Source of the DNA: the human T2T-CHM13v2.0 reference genome, Homo sapiens
Length of the DNA stretch: 64,000 nucleotides
Assembly: GCF_009914755.1 (NCBI RefSeq)
Contig: NC_060932.1
Direction: 5' to 3' (one strand)
Shown: positions 50,843 to 63,690 of the stretch, piece by piece
Layout: the number at the start of each line of letters is the position of its first letter
Numbering within the stretch: position 1 is the first letter of the stretch
The notes under the pieces: model-generated
The model's input: the letters and a program-made list of their open reading frames with translations, nothing else
What the model was told of the DNA's origin: nothing
Databases searched by the model: none
Made by a program: the position numbers and the translations under genes

Positions 50843-51456
50843 GACTGCAGGTGGCAGGGGCTCCTTGGCCTCCAGTTCCCGTGACTTGGAGGGGACTGTG
50901 GGACTGAGGAGCGCAGAGCAGAGAGCACACTCTGTGCGGTGACTCCGAAGCTCCCCGGCTGTGGCGCTTCTGTGGATGTGGGAGCCCAGGCCAGGCAGGG
51001 AGCAGATGCAGGGACTCTGCCTCATTGAATTCTGGTGAGGGACGTTGTAGTTGGCGTGGTTCTCCCGAAACGCGCCAGGAAAAGCTTCCGTGCCAGAGAT
51101 TCGTTGCCTCAGAAACTGCGTGACGCGCAGGAGTCAGACTTCCGCTGGGACGTCAATAGGAAACTGGGGAATTACTGTGTATTTGCTGTCTAGATGACTG
51201 AATAAGGGAAAAGTTAGGGAACCCTGAGAGGTGCAGCCCTTCCGCTGTGCCCCGCCCTGAGAGCAGTGTTTCGGACGCTGGGAAGCGTGCTGTGCGAAGC
51301 GCTCTCGGGGTCTTTCCTCAGCCTCGAAAACTGGGCTCTGGAATGCCTTTGTACATATGTGTGTTTAATGTGTTTTGAAGTGAATAAAATTCTCAAAAAG
51401 ATGACATATTGTCTTTTGACTCTCATTCCGTGTTTGTGTGTAACTGATTTTCCAAG

Positions 51457-52488
51457 TGAAGGGGTGGCCTGCCCCTCCACACCTGTGGGTGTTTCTAGTC
51501 GGGTGGGATGAGAGACGGAGAAAAGAAATAAGACACAGAGACAAAGTATAGGGAGACAACAGTGGGTCCAGGGGACAGGCACTCAGCACACCTAGGACCT
51601 GCACCGGCACCGGCCTCTGAGTTCCCTCAGTTTTTATTGATTATGATTTTCATTATTTCAGCACAAAGGAATGCAGTAGGGGAGCAGGGTGATAATAAGG
51701 GGAAGGTCAACAACAACAACAAAAAACAAACACGTGAGCAAAAGAATCCATATCATTATTAAGTTCAAGGGAAGGTACTATGCCTGGACGTGCACGTAGG
51801 CCAGATTTATGTTTCTCTCCACACAAATATCTCAGCGGAGTAAAGAAAGCAAGGCAGCATTACTGCCAACATGTCTCACCTCCCGCCACAGGGCAGCTTT
51901 TCTCCGAGCTCAGAGTTGAACAAATGTACGATCGGGCTTTACACCGAGACATTCAGTTCCCAGGGGCAAGCAGGAGACAGTGGCCTTCCTCCATCTGAAC
52001 TGCAAGAGGCGTTCCTCTTTGACTAATCCACCTCAGCACAGACCCATTGCAGGTGTCAGGCTGGGGGACATTCAGGACTTTCCCATCCCACGAGGCCATA
52101 TTTCAGACTGTCACATGGGGAGAAACCTTGGACAATACCCTGCTTTCAAGGGCAGAGGTCCCTGTGGCTTTCCACGGTACATTGCGCCCCTGGTTTATTG
52201 AGACTAGAGAATGGCAATGACTTCTACCAAGTATACTGCTCGTAAACATTTGGTTAACAAGGCGCGTCCTGCACAGCCCTAGATCCCTTAAACCTCGATT
52301 TTATACAACACAGGTTTTTGTGAGCTCCAAGTTGGGTCAAAGGAAGGGGCTGCGGCAAAGCTACAAATGATCAACATCTCAGTAAAGCAATTGTTTAAAG
52401 TACAGGTCTTTTTCAAAATGGAGTCTCTTATGTCTTCCCCTTCTACATAGACACAGTGACAGTCTGATCTCTCTTTCTTTACCCTACA
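51457..52488 (-). mobile_element. Solo LTR5A-like LTR, unit 7
   Basis: As unit 1; TSD TCCAAG. Confidence 0.9.
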
Positions 52489-54236
52489 TCCAAGGGCTTG
52501 AACATTTCTTGATTTGTTGGCAATCCAAATCGTTACGTCTCCGAAACAGAGTTGACTGAGGGGACCGCAGGGCTGGGCAGGACCTTTGACTTCCTATACA
52601 TCCACAGGAGCAAGAAAACCTCAGCCCCACTCTACCAACACGCACCTAGTAAAATTCCGCCAACCGAATCTCACGCACGCTAACACGTGGGGAGCGTTGC
52701 TTGCACCACGAGTCCCCATTTGGCTCAACCGCCGATGCCAAGTGTGTGGTTCCAGTTGCGACGGCCCCCCGTGAAGTGGCTTCCGGATGTGCGAAGGAAC
52801 CAGGCAGAGTTTCACTGGCCAAATAGACCCCAGCAAAGCTGAAGTTAACTCCCACATTTGGGATGTACTTCAGAGGTAAAACATTCATCCCGTCTTCTTT
52901 CCGGATGTCTGACACCATGGTTCTCCCCCTGATCCTAAGAGTAGCTGAGGCAGAGACTCACTAAAAGATCTAGGCAGGGATATCCCATCATGCACAGGCT
53001 CTCTCCATTCTCTGACCTGGGACCAACTCTCAGTAGGATTCCACATCTAGGAGGCCTCGGAACTCAGCGGGATTTTCTGAGACACACCAACTGGCTGCTC
53101 CCTCTCCGCCGCTGTTGAGGGTCGTTATCTTGATTATCCAGATCAACTAGAAAGTATCCGTATCCAGAATGAATAAGATCAACTCTCTGCTCCTCTGACA
53201 GCAGAAGGAGCAGGACCGTAAGGAACCAAAGAGCGTGGAAGGAAACGATGTGACAGGAAAGCTCAGAGAACGGCCACAGGGGGTCGTCAGCAGGCCTTCC
53301 AACCTGAATCATGAATAATTAATGAAGCGCAAATCAAAGGGGACTCGAGTTTCAGCAGGAGCAATTCATCCAACGGGAGATCGCCGGAGGGCCAACAACA
53401 TTGAGTGACTGGGAGCCGGGTGCAGTGTCAAAGGGGACGCGACTGGTTCCAAAGCTCGAGAAGACCATGGGGTCACTTGGGCTACATGAGAAAACGCCCC
53501 AGTGTGCTGGTTCATCATTCCGACTCCTGCCTGTCTCTTCCCGTCCAAGGAACATGGACCCTAAGTCGTGCAGGTGCGGATGACCATGGGCAGAATTAGG
53601 GGCCGTGGCACAAAAGTTCACCGACACGGGAGTTCCACAGAAGGTGCGGTGGATCTTCGCAAATCCAGAGACATGGCAATGGGACCCAGGGAATTAGAGC
53701 CTCACAGGCGTCCGGGAGACTTTTCAGGCATAATGCCTGGAGTCGCAAGACGAGCTGAAAAAGGAGCCAGGCACTGAAGGACAAAGCGTTGTTGACTTTC
53801 CTCATCTGTGTTTCCCAGTGCGGTCCAATTCACGGTGGTTTCCAAGCGCCTCCTGGGGGAGAAAACACATGAGGGTGCGGTCAGGGTTCTCTGCTGACAG
53901 ACTTACCTTGGGGAAGAAAGAGAAGCTCTGAAGATGGATCATGGCCGTGACTGCATGTCAAGGAGAGTCTCCTTGATGACACTGAGGCCTACGTCGAGAT
54001 AGACAAAATGTGGTCCAATTAAAAGGTGTCTATTTTACCACATTTTTTAAAACAAAACAAAACAAAACAACAAAAAAGATGGAAAAGAAGACAGGGGTAC
54101 AGGCACCAGTGTTACATGTCTGACGGGGAACATCTATTGTTCAAAGCTTGCAGCTGTACAAGTAGGTTTTAGAATGTCTGTCAGCAGTGGACATGATCTT
54201 AGAGTGGGCTGTGCAGATAGACCTTTCCAGGTCATG

Positions 54237-54326
54237 TAATTGGATTAAGTTAATTGCAATTAAGGTACAGGTAACTGATTAGGTTAGGGTACGTTCCATG
54301 TCAGGTGACCAGAGGCAGTATAAAAG
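54237..54326 (+). promoter_or_regulatory. FAM90A promoter, unit 8
   Basis: Same motif cluster as 712-801, unchanged in the otherwise diverged unit. Confidence 0.7.
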
Positions 54327-55477
54327 GCAGCCTGGAAAGCGGAGGTCCCTCTCTGCCCCTTCCTCCGTCGTCCTGGATGCTGCATCGCTTCCAGCCGGGC
54401 TGCTGCAGCACCTGCCCATCTCAGCGCCAGCCTGGGAAAGAACGTAGACGTGTAATTTCAGGTTAGTTTCGCTGAACAATTGTTTGTTTCACGCAATCCC
54501 TGAGTGGTTTTTGCGGGGGGTGGGGGGGAGGAAGAGACAAAGGAGGCCGAAAGAAACCGATCACACTGGGGCTTGCTGGTGGGGTAGGATGTGTTCTCGT
54601 TACTAGTAATTCTTGGAACAGAAAACGAGACAACATATCCGTCTCCACGTGTGGGAGAAGACCAAGATGGGAATGCGAAAAGAAATGTACTGCAGCATGC
54701 TGAGTTGGTGGGTAAATGGAAAAAGGACTTTGGAAAAAAGGGGGGTTTGCCCTTCAGCCGTGTAAGACGTCGATACGATACGGCACTTCTTCCCCGTTTG
54801 TTCAGATGAATTCGTGTGGTGTGCGTAAAATACCAGGAAAATAAATAAAGAGGGGCTGGAGCTAAAGCCAAAAGATAGAACAGGAAAGACCATCACCTGC
54901 TAGTGCGGTAGAGAGGAAGGTAACTTCTCTGTATGAATTTGTGTTTGGAAGTTGCCTAATGAAATGGCAAGAGTAGCGATTCAAGTTATCACAGGAAGCA
55001 TCCCTTATCCGTGACTTCAAGCAGACCTGCCAAAGGGTGGCACACGCCATGCCCTGTGTCTTCGATCATTCTGTCCGTCAAGGGAGATAGAATCACCGTG
55101 TCTTCTACCGGAGTGAATCGTGAGAGACCTAAGTCCAGTCTCCAGAATCAGTTGTTTGTTTGGGGTTGAAAGCTCAACCCCCCATACCTAGGCCACGGGC
55201 CCTGTGGCAGGTGGGGTTTACTCTTGGACTAGGTAGTCATGGCAGAGGAACACACAATATCCGAGGATGCGCACAGCACATTGTGTTCTACAGATTTGAC
55301 CGACTGGTGGTGAGGTCTCCTCATGACCACACAGGCAGGGAGTTAGCAGGTGGCTTCCTGTGGGTGTGTGAATATCCAACGTGCTTAACCATCGACATGT
55401 GTGTGTTTGTGTGTGTTTCAGGTGGCCCAACAGTCCACCCCTGAAAAAGGCGGTCATAAAACCCCCAGGAGACGAAG

Positions 55478-58400
55478 ATGATGGCACGTCGGGACCCCAA
55501 ATCTTGGGCCAAGAGACTGGTGAGAGCCCAGACCCTCCAGAAGCAGCGGAGGGCCCCAGTTGGGCCAAGGTCTCCCCCGCCCGATGAAGAAGATCCCAGG
55601 GTAAGTCTAGCCCTGGATCTCTTGGGTATCGGGGTGGGGGTGGGGACGGGGGGAGGCGGTGTCCCACGGTCCTCAGAGACTGGGTTGGATTCCAAAGAGT
55701 TCTGTCACCACCAGCCAGGTTGCTTTTCCCATCCAAGGTGGTCGTGGCTTGGGACCTTCTCCCCGGCCCGATAGGTCCCTTGAGAGACTCTTGGGGGCAA
55801 CCTCCCTTTCTACTTCGAGTCCTGTGTAGCCACGTTTGGCTGCGTTGTTGACATCGGCTTCACCATCGTGCCCCTTGGAACCTTGAGTCCTTCCTTTCAC
55901 AGTTCCTCCGTCACAAGGGCTTTGCGAGGGAACATCGTATCCGAACTCTCCCAGCACTTAACGGCCCCCATGCCGGTGTCCCCTCTTTGGAATCCTTATT
56001 CAGCTCTGAATTCACAATCCGTCCCAATGTTGACGTGGGATCGCTGCCTGTGGCTTCAGCTCACTCACTGACATCACTTCCTTTCCACCCACAGCTCAAG
56101 TGCAAAAACTGCGGGGCCTTTGGCCACACGGCCAGAAGTACCACGTGCCCCATGAAGTGCTGGAAGGCAGCCCTGGTTCCAGCGACCTTGGGGAAAAAGG
56201 AAGGGAAGGAAAACCTGAAACCATGGAAGCCCCGGGGTGAAGCCAACCCGGGGCCCTTGAACAAGGATAAGGGAGAGAAGGAAGAGAGACCAAGGTGAGC
56301 AGTGGGAGGGGTTTTCACCACTCTTAGGGTGCTGCCTCCTAAGGAGATGGTGTCTCTGCACCTGCACACCGTGTGCCTTTCCGTCTCCGGGCCAGGGAAG
56401 GAGCGCTGCAGAGAAATAGGCCGGAGCTCCGTGTCCTCCGGGGTTCCACACCCAGGAGCTCCTTGGGCTCTGGGAGATTCAGGGACGGGGAGAGGCGGGG
56501 GCGCTTCGTGCAGGTTCCCCACGACAGCGGGAAAAGCGATGGAATCCAAATCACAGTCCTTAGTCGGGAAGCCTAGAGGGCCACCTGGAGGATGGGAAGG
56601 TTGGCACGTGAGGGAAGGTGCAGAGGCGGAAAGGGCACCAGATGTCCATTTCTGTATCACAAAACACGGAATGGGGCTGGGCCCCAGACGGGGTTCTCCC
56701 TGTCTCCTGGGGAAAACCAGGGGGCACCGCCTGACCTTTTTCTGTTCTGCAGGCAACAAGACCCGCAGAGGAAGGCTCTCCTCCACATGTTTTCCGGGAA
56801 ACCTCCAGAGAAGCCGCTGCCGAATGGAAAAGGATCCACGGAATCTTCTGAGCATCTGAGGGTGAGTGTCACCCCGGGCCCCTGGTCCTTTTCTCCTCTA
56901 GGTCACCCTGGTTGATTTCCTTTCAGCTTCCCGTCTGTGGGAGGAAATCGGGGAACCCCTCTTTCTTGCCTTCTTGGGGTCAGGGACTCCACAATCCTTC
57001 CAGGTCAATTGGATTCCAGGCGAAGGCATCTGAAGATGCCGTATTTCCTTTGGCTTTCTTTCTGTCCAATTATGGCAAGCCTGCCAACAACACGTTCCTA
57101 GCGGCATGAGGAAATTAGTCCCTCAGAGGCCCCAAACGTGGAGAACGCTAAACCCAGGAACATGCATGTGTTCAGAGAAGACGTCCCGAGTACCCTTGAG
57201 CCACCAACCTGCCTCGGGAAGGGCATTAGTCCGTTCCACTTCATGGAAGGCTGAGTGGAGGCGCTTTGATCCAGTTAATGCCCAAGACGCGATCTTTTGA
57301 ACAATGGTGTGCTTAGATCAGCTACACATAGCTCGAGAGCGCACCTTTCATGTGTCTTGTCCTGATCAGCACTCAGGTGGAGGGATCTGTCCCTACTTCC
57401 AAGGACCGCCTGTCGATACTGTACTAAGAATTTCATGGCGTGTGCACCTTGTCTTTGGATATGTTTGATTTTCACGTTGGCTCCATGCCGTGGAACTTCT
57501 AACCTGTGTTGTTTCCTCTCTTTCAGGTTGCAAGCGGGCCAATGCCGGTCCACACAACCAGTAAGAGGCCGCGCGTGGACCCTGTCCTCGCTGATCGCTC
57601 AGCTACCGAAATGTCTGGCAGGGGCTCCGTCTTGGCTTCACTGTCTCCCCTCAGAAAAGCCAGCCTGAGCTCCTCCTCAAGTCTTGGACCAAAGGAAAGA
57701 CAGACAGGGGCTGCGGCCGACATCCCTCAGCCTGCATTCAGGCACCAGGGCCCCGAGCCTCTCCTCGTGGTGAAGCCGACACACAGCAGCCCTGAGGGTG
57801 GCTGCCGAGAAGTTCCCCAGGCTGCCTCCAAAACCCACGGCCTGCTCCAGGCCGTCAGACCCCAGGCACAAGACAAACGTCCTGCGGTGACCTCACAGCC
57901 CTGCCCGCCAGCCGCCACACACAGCTTGGGCCTAGGCTCCAATCTCAGCTTCGGGCCAGGAGCCAAGAGACCTGCCCAGGCTCCGATTCAGGCTTGCCTG
58001 AACTTCCCCAAGAAACCGAGACTGGGTCCCTTCCAGATCCCCGAAAGCGCCATCCAGGGAGGTGAGCTGGGGGCCCCGGAGAATCTCCAACCTCCGCCAG
58101 CCGCAACCGAACTTGGACCAAGTACGTCGCCCCAGATGGGCAGGAGGACACCGGCCCAGGTGCCCAGCGTCGACTGGCAGCCTCCGCACAGCACACCTTG
58201 CCTGCCTACTTCCCAGGCCTGCACCATGTCCCATCACCCAGCGGCCGGCCATGATGGGGCCCAGCCTCTCAGAGTGCTCTTCCGGAGACTGGAAAACGGA
58301 CGCTGGAGCTCCAGCCTCCTGGCCGCCCCCTCATTTCACTCTCCTGAGAAGCCGGGAGCCTTCCTCGCTCAGAGCCCTCATGTGTCAGAGAAGTCTGAGG

Positions 58401-58489
58401 CTCCCTGTGTTCGTGTCCCACCGAGCGTCCTCTATGAGGACCTTCAGGTTTCCTCCTCCTCAGAGGACAGCGATTCTGACCTGGAGTGA
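55478..58489 (+). CDS. FAM90A: FAM90A copy 8 (diverged terminal copy), 464 aa; exons 55478-55600, 56095-56294, 56753-56861, 57527-58489
   Basis: Open frame; all three coding introns GT-AG (GTGAGT at 56862); more than ten private amino-acid changes. Confidence 0.93.
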
Positions 58490-59103
58490 GACTGCAGGTG
58501 GCAGGGGCTCCTTGGCCTCCAGCTCCCGTGACTTGGAGGGGACTGTGGGACTGAGGAGCGCAGAGCAGAGAGCACACTCTGTGCGGTGACTCCGAAGCTC
58601 CCCGGCTGTGGCGCTTCTGTGGATGTGGGAGCCCAGGCCAGGCAGGGAGCAGATGCAGGGACTCTGCCTCATTGAATTCTGGTGAGGGACGTTGTAGTTG
58701 GCGTGGTTCTCCCGAAACGCGCCAGGAAAAGCTTCCGTGCCAGAGATTCGTTGCCTCAGAAACTGCGTGACGCGCAGGAGTCAGACTTCCGCTGGGACGT
58801 CAATAGGAAACTGGGGAATTACTGTGTATTTGCTGTCTAGATGACTGAATAAGGGAAAAGTTAGGGAACCCTGAGAGGTGCAGCCCTTCCGCTGTGCCCC
58901 GCCCTGAGAGCAGTGTTTCGGACGCTGGGAAGCGTGCTGTGCGAAGCGCTCTCGGGGTCTTTCCTCAGCCTCGAAAACTGGGCTCTGGAATGCCTTTGTA
59001 CATATGTGTGTTTAATGTGTTTTGAAGTGAATAAAATTCTCAAAAAGATGACATATTGTCTTTTGACTCTCATTCCGTGTTTGTGTGTAACTGATTTTCC
59101 AAA

Positions 59104-60145
59104 TGAAGGGGTGGCCCGCCCCTCCACACCTGTGGGTGTTTCTAGTCGGGTGGGATGAGAGACGGAGAAAAGAAATCAGACACAGAGACAAAGTATAGGG
59201 AGACAACAGTGGGTCCAGGGGACCGGCACTCAGCACACCAAGGACCTGCACCGGCACCGGCCTCTGAGTTCCCGCAGTTTTTATTGATTATGATGTTCAT
59301 TATTTCAGCACAAAGGAATGTAGTAGGGGAGCAGGGTGATAATAAGGGGAAGGTCAACAAAAAAAAAAAAAAAAAAAAAAAAAAACACGTGAGCAAAAGA
59401 ATCCATATCATTATTAAGTTCAAGGGAAGCTACTATGCCTGGACGTGCACGTAGGCCAGATTTATGTTTCTCTCCACCCAAACATCTCAGCGGAGTAAAG
59501 AATAACAAGGCAGCATTACTGCCAACATGTCTCGCCTCCCGCCGCAGGGCAGCTTTTCTCCGAGCTCAGAGTTGAACAAATGTACGATCGGGCTTTACAC
59601 CGAGACATTCAGTTCCCAGGGGCAAGCAGGAGACAGTGGCCTTCCTCCATCTGAACTGCAAGAGGCTTTCCTCTTTGACTAATCCACCTCAGCACAGACC
59701 CATTGCGGGTGTCAGGCTGGGGGACAGTCAGGTCTTTCCCATCCCACGAGGCCATATTTCAGACTGTCACATGGGGAGAAACCTTGGACAATACCCTGCT
59801 TTCAAGGGCAGAGGTCCCTGTGGCTTTCCACGGTGCATTGCACTCCTGGTTTATTGAGACTAGAGAATGGCAATGACTTCTACCAAGTATACTGCTCGTA
59901 AACATTTGGTTAACAAGGCGCGTCCTGCACAGCCCTAGATCCCTTAAACCTCGATTTTCTACAACACAGGTTTTTTGTGAGCTCCAAGTTGGGTCAAAGG
60001 AAGGGGCTGCAGCAAAGCTACAAATGATCAACATCTCAGCAAAGCAATTGTTTAAACTACAGGTCTTTTTCAAAATGGAGTCTCTTATGTCTTCCCCTTC
60101 TACATAGACACAGTGACAGTCTGATCTCTCTTTCTTTACCCTACA
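59104..60145 (-). mobile_element. Solo LTR5A-like LTR, unit 8 (diverged, 1042 bp)
   Basis: Same LTR ends; left TSD reads TCCAAA; A27 tract at 59359-59385. Confidence 0.9.
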
Positions 60146-62239
60146 TCCAAGGGCTTGAACATTTCTTGACTTGTTGGCAATCCAAATCGTTACGTCTCCG
60201 AAACAGAGTTGACTGATGGGACCGCAGGTCTGGGCAGGACTTTGACTTCCTATACATCCACAGGAGCAAGAAAACCTCAGCCCCACTCTACCAACACGCA
60301 CCTAGTAAAATTCCGCCAACCGAATCTCACGCACGCTAACACGTGGGGAGCGTTGCTTGCACCACGAGTCCCCATTTGGCTCAACCGCCGATGCCAAGTG
60401 TGTGGTTCCAGTTGCGACGGCCCCCTGTGAAGTGGCTTCCGGATGTGCGAATGAACCAGGCAGAGTTTCACTGGCCAAATAGACCCCAGCAAAGCTGAAG
60501 TTAACTCCCACATTTGGGATGTACTTCAGAGGTAAAACATTCATCCCGTCTTCTTTCCGGATGTCTGACACCATGGTTCTCCCCCTGATCCTAAGAGTAG
60601 CTGAGGTAGAGACTCACTGAAAGATCTAGGCAGGGATATCCCATCATGCACAGGCTCTCTCCATTCTCTGACCTGGGAACAACTCTCAGCAGGATTCCAC
60701 ATCTAGGAGGCCTCGGAACTCAGTGGGATTTTCTGAGACACACCAACTGGCTGCTCCCTCTCCGCCGCTGTTGAGGGTCGTTATCTTGATTATCCAGATC
60801 ACCTAGAAAGTATCCGTATCCAGAATGAATAAGATCAACTCTCTGCTCCTCTGACAGCAGAAGGAGCAGGACCATAAGGAACCAAAGAGCGTGGAAGGAA
60901 ACGATGTGACAGGAAAGCTCAGAGAACGGCCACAGGGGGTCGTCAGCAGGCCTTCCAACCTGAATCATGAATAATTAATGAAGCGCAAATCAAAGGGGAC
61001 TCGAGTTTCAGCAGGAGCAATTCATCCAACGGGAGATCGCCGGAGGGCCAACAAGATTGAGAGACTGGGAGCCGGGTGCAGTGTCAAAGGGGACGCGACT
61101 GGTTCCAAAGCTCGAGAAGACCATGGGGTCACTTGGGCTACATGAGAAAACGCCCCAGTGTGCTGGTTCATCATTCCGACTCCTGCCTGTCTCTTCCGGT
61201 TCAGGGAACATAGACCCTCACTTGTGTTATCCAGTTGTCGTTCTTTTTTTAGATACTTATGCAGTGATACACTACTGTAACTGTTTTTTAAATTTATATT
61301 TAGGCCTCTCCTCATAAGATACATTAATCAAGAGCCTTTCCATTGTGTTTCAAAACACAGTAGCATCTCACTCTACACACCGGACATGCCTGGTTACTGT
61401 TTTATCCAACATGTTTGAAATCAGCATTGTGATTGCCTTTTTTTTTCTACACGAAGGAGATAGAAACTTGTCTGTCCTCCTCAAAGTTATGGCCCTGCCT
61501 TTATAAAAAAAATGCTGCCCAAATCATGAAATTTAGTGTACAGGTATATGAAATACAAACCAAAAATTGAAAACAAAACTTAGGAATGGCAAGTGGTAAT
61601 GTAAACTTGATGAGCCAGAGCAGAAGCGTGTCTCACTTGGAAGCAATCACAGCAGTCACCACTATTTCATCCTATAATTTCAGTATTTATTGAAAAGTAT
61701 TGGCCTGGGGAGTGTGGGGAACCTGAACAAAGACAAGGACTGGGTCACAGCACGGAGAAAATGGTGAAAATCTCAGGGCATACATACAGTGTCAAGCTTA
61801 GGAATTATTATCTATACATCAGACCAATGACTACATGGACACCAGCAATCAAGGGGCTGTGTTAGCCCTGGGAGTGAGCAGAGTTCTTCAGGTGAATTTT
61901 CACGCCACTGAAAGCATGCTGAAAGCAGAACCCTCACGTTGAGGAGTAAGGGATTTGATTGAGTGTGGTTGTATTTAAGAGGTTGAATATGGAAGAGAAA
62001 TTCTAAGGGACACTGTGTGCCAAGTGAAATGGGAGCACTTTATTTACACACCTTGCAGTTCTTCGTCTCCCTGCAGCATCTGGGATCCTCTGCTAGTGAG
62101 CACAATGGATCATGATGGGAAACAGAGAAGGGGAAGCAAGAGGTTCCTGGAACTACTCTCCCTCCACATTTTAGGGCATGCACTGACTAAGGATTTGGCC
62201 AATCTCTGATCTATCAATGTAAGTGGTGGATCTTGGCTA

Positions 62240-63084
62240 CATCCCTTCTTGAAAACACATCTTCGTGCTCTGGTTGGAGAACTATGGTGAACCCTGTGGC
62301 AGACCTGAGTGCTGGACTTGGTGAAGGGTGCATAGGTCTGAGGGAGGAGTTGGGCAAAGTCTCCATCCTATACAGGCTGAAGCTGAGATTGGCTGGTCTA
62401 GGGAATCCCACTGGACTAGGTGTGGTTGGTAAAGGGTAGGGCACAGAGGAGAAAGTATGCAATGCGCAGTAGGATTATTGAAAGAGAAGCGCTGAGCCAA
62501 GCAACATGGTTTTCTTCGGATCTCATCAAGGGCTGGTGACATACGGGTTCTGCCTCCCCCTCTTCTGTAGGTGAGCGCGGCACATTGTCTCTTTCATGTC
62601 TGAGGTGTCTCTGTCTTGAACATGGAACTCCAAGGTGAAGTCATCCACAGAGTGCTAGATGTAATCGATCTGCAGAGGGAACTGCAGGCCATCCAGTGAC
62701 CTCAGGACATGCTCAGGCACAACCACAAATACGCTGTTACCCAGGGTCAGGGCAGGGCTGTCTGTGGGGACAGGATGAGGACATACTCTTCCAGTCTCAG
62801 TGTGAGTTCTGTCCCTTGTTCCGGGACCAAGATGATGAACGTCTCTGTGCTGGAATTCTGCTGCTGCTGTGGAACGACAGCCCTTAGTCCACTGCCTTCA
62901 AAAAAGACTGCAAATGATGCTCCTGGGGAGGGAGCTGGAGCAGCTTCACCCTCTACAACTTTAAAATACAAATTTCCTCCTAGAAGTGGCAGTCATGCTG
63001 ACCCTGCTGAATGCACCACCACTGGATGTGTCTTGTGGCCTGGAGATTATGCAACATAGTCCAATCTTTGCTATCCATGAACAT
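62240..63084 (-). pseudogene. PRR23D: PRR23D-family (proline-rich 23 domain) pseudogene; 5' limit approximate
   Basis: Minus-strand translation across frames gives QQNSSTETFIILVPEQGTELTLRLEEYVLILSPQTAL / LTLGNSVFVVVPEHVLRSLDGLQFPLQIDYI*HSVDDFTLEFHVQD / YPLPTTPSPVGFPRPANLSFSL / QVCHRVHHSSPTRARRCVFKK, colinear with PRR23D1/2 as I recall them. In-frame TAG at 62657-62655 and several frameshifts. Confidence 0.8.
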
Positions 63085-63199
63085 AGGGAGTTACCTGGGG
63101 TGATTCCAGGCCTGGAATGAATTCATGTGAGGAATTCTTTGAAGTAAGGGTGTTTCTGCATCTGTGGTGAGACCACAGTGAGGGAGGTTAAGGCTCCCC

Positions 63200-63690
63200 A
63201 CCTTTTTTTCTTCTTTCTTTCTTTCCAGACACAGGAGATAATCAACAAAGACCAGGCTCCCTTTTAAATCCAATAAGAAACATTTTACAACCTACTCCCT
63301 CTCAAGTCTACTATCTGAAGGTTCCTCTGCACAGTAAAACTTGGCCTCCCCACCTCTTTATCTTAACCTAAACATTTCCTTTCAATAGATCCCTGGTCTT
63401 AGATAAACTCATCCAATTATCAACCAGATAATTTTTAAATCTATCTATAAGCTGGAAGCCCCCCTCCTTCAAGTTGTCCCACTTTTCTGGATCAAATCAA
63501 CGTATTTGTTAAATGCACTTAGTTGAAGTCATGTCTCCCTAAAATGCATAAAACCAAGCTGCACCCTGATCACCTTGGACACACGTTCTCAGAACCTCCT
63601 GAGGGCTGGGTCACACGACATGGTCAATCATATTTGGCTCAGAATAAATATCTCCAAATATTTTGCAGAGTATGACTCTTTTCCTCAACA
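63200..63690 (+). mobile_element. ERV1 MER4-group LTR fragment (5' limit approximate)
   Basis: 3' end ...TTTGGCTCAGAATAAATATCTCCAAATATTTTGCAGAGTATGACTCTTTTCCTCAACA resembles the MER4 LTR terminus; AATAAA 63643-63648; ends in CA. Subfamily not determinable. Confidence 0.65.

Larger units (their letters stand above)
1..61197 (+). repeat. FAM90A macrosatellite: 8 head-to-tail units of 7645-7656 bp
   Basis: The same ORF set recurs at fixed offsets. Unit starts are 1, 7647, 15293, 22939, 30589, 38235, 45880, 53526 (lengths 7646, 7646, 7646, 7650, 7646, 7645, 7646, 7656). Identity to the unit is lost after 61197. Confidence 0.98.

Noticed and set aside
1953-58489. Assigning specific FAM90A paralogue numbers
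   Set aside because: Copies are near-identical mosaics and copy number is variable; numbering needs alignment to a reference.
59759-60301. 180-aa minus ORF unique to unit 8
   Set aside because: It runs from the spacer into LTR sequence and is opened by private indels and substitutions; no coding hallmarks.
1-61197. Identification as D4Z4, USP17L/RS447 or a CRISPR-like array
   Set aside because: The unit is 7.65 kb with a spliced FAM90A gene. There is no homeodomain or deubiquitinase ORF and no short repeat-spacer structure.
43-61324. Hundreds of 60-260 aa six-frame ORFs repeated in each unit
   Set aside because: They are antisense or alternate-frame shadows of GC-rich exons, introns or the LTR, many with non-ATG starts. 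Recurrence only reflects unit duplication.
63103-63118. Perfect 16-bp palindrome ATTCCAGGCCTGGAAT
   Set aside because: A single occurrence is plausible by chance in about 10 kb of non-redundant sequence, and there is no supporting context.
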